DNA from: Eledone cirrhosa
Taxonomy: Eukaryota
Length of the DNA stretch: 64,000 nucleotides
Direction: 5' to 3'
Assembly (NCBI GenBank): GCA_964016885.1
Contig: OZ024742.1
Span: 276,706,001 to 276,770,000, forward strand
Position 1 is the stretch's first letter, and each line of letters begins with the position of its first letter. This document shows positions 60,983 through 64,000 of this stretch, one piece after another. The notes beneath the pieces are model-generated. The model was not told the DNA's origin and searched no databases. It saw only the letters and a list, made by a program, of their open reading frames with translations. The position numbers and the translations under genes are program-made.

Positions 60983-61548
60983 TGTGTATATATATATGTA
61001 TATATCATCACCGTCGTTTAACGTCCATTTTCCACGTTAGCGTCGGTTAGACGGATTGTCCCATTAGAGGCAAGTCAGATCTGGTGACAGTGTCTTGCTC
61101 TTATAGAACTGTTTTTGTCCTGACACCTATACGACCACTTTACAGTGTGGGCTGGATGTTTTTTGTGATACCAACATGACTTGACAGTGTAAGGGTAGTG
61201 TGGATAGAAGTGGGTATGAAGGCGTGGGAGGTATATGGAAGGGGGTATATTTATATGCATATGTTTTTGTGTCGATGTATATCCCTGAACTTGGAGGTTT
61301 CGTAAAAAGAGAATGATTAAATAAGTACCATTAAAAAGAATATAAGGACTTATTTCTACCAGGCCACTACCACCTTTTGAAAACTGATGACATTGAAATT
61401 GATAGTTCCGTTTGCTGACGCTCATTCAGTTTAGCATTTAACTTTTACATTTGTCAGTCTGAGGCTAGTAACACTTTATTTGGTGGCAGGTGAGCTAGGG
61501 AGATTAAGAACAGTGAATGACTTAAAAGATACAGGTGTCTCTCTAAAG

Positions 61549-61833
61549 CAGGGGTGTGCAACATATTCCATTGGTGGGCCACTTTTGAATATTGGAACAA
61601 CTATTAGGGCCATTAATATTTATTAAGCACTATTCCAAAGATTCACCACAACTTCCTTCCATAGCATACCCTATCAGTGAAGCCCTTTAGTATAGGTCAA
61701 CTAACAGAAAATTGTATTACGGTTACGAAAAAATTCTAAATAAGTCTAAAAATTAAAAACGTTCATCGCGGGCCACTCTGACTGGTCTGGCGGGCTGGGT
61801 CGTGGCATGCTGGCCGTCTATTGCACACTCCTG
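61549..61833. mobile_element. hAT (Charlie-like) MITE
   Basis: TIRs CAGGGGTGTGCAA and TTGCACACTCCTG; 8-bp TSD CTCTAAAG. Confidence 0.9.
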
Positions 61834-62269
61834 CTCTAAAGGATCAAGCCAGCTTGTCTAATATCGAATAAATTACAAGCGCACCCACACATACACTGTT
61901 TGTATTTGTATAAACGTTTTGACATTACTTTTATATGAATGAGAAACTTACACCCCTGATTGTTGAGATATGTTGTCTTCTTTTTCACCCACTTATTTCT
62001 GGGAGTGTCATGGAGGTATTCATCAATCACGCCTTCCAGCTGGTCCTGTCTGAAGCAACAATCTCCAAATGATCCAGCTGATCTCCAAGCCAGATCAGCG
62101 GACCTCTACTTTAGAATTGTTGTAAATTAGGATGCCCACTCAGAATGTTCCGAAGATTAGCTCCACCCCACCCTATCCGAGTACTAAAACTTGGAAATGG
62201 ACTTGCAGATAATACTTGACAAATTTCTTTTCAGCTTTTGCATTCGATGCCCCTGTCCTAACATCTATA

Positions 62270-62460
62270 TAATTGTTTCTACTTTTGGCACAAGGCCAGC
62301 AATTACCCCAGTGCATTACTGGTGCTTTATTTTATTGACCCCATAAGGATGAAAGGCAAAGTTAGCTTCAGTGGGTTTTGAACTCAGGCCGTAAAGGGCC
62401 GTAACTCTATGCTGCAAAGTATGGCTTCCAACCCTCTACTGATACTGCCAATCCACTGCA
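62270..62460 (-). mobile_element. SINE family A
   Basis: Similar to the reverse complement of 54291-54482. Confidence 0.85.
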
Positions 62461-62830
62461 TACTTCTTACATTTGCTAATTATAGAGGTAACACTTCCCT
62501 AAAATTCCTTAATCTAGGTACTTTGTATGTTGGCCAGTTCTTGGTAGGTAACACAATATCTAGTGAGCCATCTGAGCAGTTTATGAACTTCATTTAATAG
62601 GTGCTCTTGCTGCTAACTGCTCTTGTACAGCTCGTGCACTTAAATTCTTGGTTCACTATTTATCTCTGAGAAGAAATAAAGTAAAAGTATAACCTAAATT
62701 TCATATGTACCATAACATAGAGTAAAGGTTCAGTGACAGTGAGGATTTTTTTTAGCCTAAAGAGAAAATTTATGCTGGTAATTTCAGGATCTTTTTGGAA
62801 ACCATGATAGCCCCAGCTGAGTGCAGAATG

Positions 62831-63045
62831 GCATTAAACCATCTGTATCCGGCCAGAATTCTCTCACCTCTTTCTCTTCAAATTGGCTGTAACTGGTCAC
62901 TCACTGATGTTTAGGTATTGTTCTCAAAATAGATAGTTTCAAAATCTCATAGATTCAATATTATGTGAGATAATTATGTAAGGTAAAGCCTTTACTGTGA
63001 AAATACAATATCAAATATTGAGTAATATAAATGTTAAAGGGTTAA
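62831..63045. mobile_element. piggyBac-type MITE family 1, left TIR damaged
   Basis: Body matches 22111-22312; right end AAAGGG|TTAA. Confidence 0.75.
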
Positions 63046-63377
63046 TCCGATTCAAGTGCAGATTTGGAGAGATTTCTAAAGAATACTTTCAAATAGTTAT
63101 GTCATATGTCTAGATCCATCTGACAAATCATGGGCCTCTTAGATTAATGTATGGTTATTTGGAAAGTACATACTTAGTTACTACCAATCTAAGCCCACTG
63201 CACTTTTGAATGTATCTAATAAATAAATAGTGCATTTACATGTGCAAGCAAGGAATGCTTAATTTGCTGTTGTTATTACCTTTACCTTATAGTTTTCTTA
63301 TTCCACATGTTCATGTTTTGCTTTTATATTTTCTAGATTTTCCCATCTTCAACTACGTGACAAAATGAAATGCAAAG

Positions 63378-63501
63378 ATGGGTGATTTGTATCCAGTGAG
63401 TGACTCTGATGAGTCTATAGAATTGAGTAATGAACATGCAAAACAAGTTTTGAATAATATAAGCAGTTTTTCTCTAAGTGCTGATGTTATGAATAAAAAA
63501 G
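63378..63501 (+). CDS. Candidate first coding exon of an unidentified gene
   Basis: Pyrimidine-rich TTTTCTAG acceptor ending 63336; in-frame upstream TGA; AAGATGG start; MGDLYPVSDSDESIELSNEHAKQVLNNISSFSLSADVMNKK; donor AAG|GCAAGT. No recognisable homology. Confidence 0.35.
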
Positions 63502-64000
63502 GCAAGTTTTTAGCTGTAAATATATATTTTTCCATAGAAAGGTGCCTCAGTATCTTTAATAATTTATAAAGGTGAACAAATATGACTAATAAATATGACT
63601 AATGGTTGAATAACAGGCTAAATCGTGTAATCTATCCAGCTCCTCTTGATTGGCTGTTACTTACAGTTATAATCCTAAGGGAATGTGATCCTGGAGGTTG
63701 ATGATTGTGGACATTAGCATAAGAAATGTGTCTTCTAATCCAACACAACACTTTAGCTTAAACCTTTGTGAAGGTAATGAATGGGCCTAGTCAAATCAAT
63801 CAGCATGGATAGCGTGAACTATTGTTGACTGAGTCTGACAAATGATTCCAATGGCTTTGCAATCAATCTGTAGTTCCTAAGGTAACTTGTAACCTTTTCT
63901 GCTATCACCACCATTTCATCCACCAGAATATCAGTATAGGAATTGAATGGTTTATCTTATCTTATTCTCCTTTCCTAAGATTAGGACAGCTGCCGTTAGG

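Noticed and set aside
1-64000. Most short ORFs in the six-frame track
   Set aside because: They arise from microsatellites (poly-M, YIYI, CVCV), antisense transposon frames or chance; the real genes are spliced.

Overview
AT-rich, repeat-dense eukaryotic DNA, most consistent with a coleoid cephalopod (octopod) genome; this is inferred from the SINE types, the RTE LINEs with (GAT)n tails and the many (TA)n tracts. Host genes: the last coding exon of a Dlg5-like MAGUK (2384-2487, +), a complete 5-exon, 167-aa cyclophilin with a TATA/Inr promoter (46161-48702, +), and a possible first coding exon with a GC donor near 63.4 kb. Most of the rest is transposon-derived: RTE LINEs of several ages, two SINE families, a decayed 5'-truncated Helitron (26.4-29.7 kb), piggyBac-, hAT- and mariner-type MITEs, and Gypsy and CRE remnants. 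Most striking: (i) a very young miniature LTR element (TRIM-like, 139-bp internal region, perfect tRNA-Trp primer-binding site) inside a MITE inside a LINE; (ii) a near-perfect ~500-bp palindrome with two mirror-image minimal hammerhead ribozyme motifs, plus a second hammerhead family; (iii) a PHD-like finger inside the RT of the young RTE family; (iv) a SINE and LINE sharing the same 3' end. All calls were made by eye, and boundaries of decayed elements are approximate.
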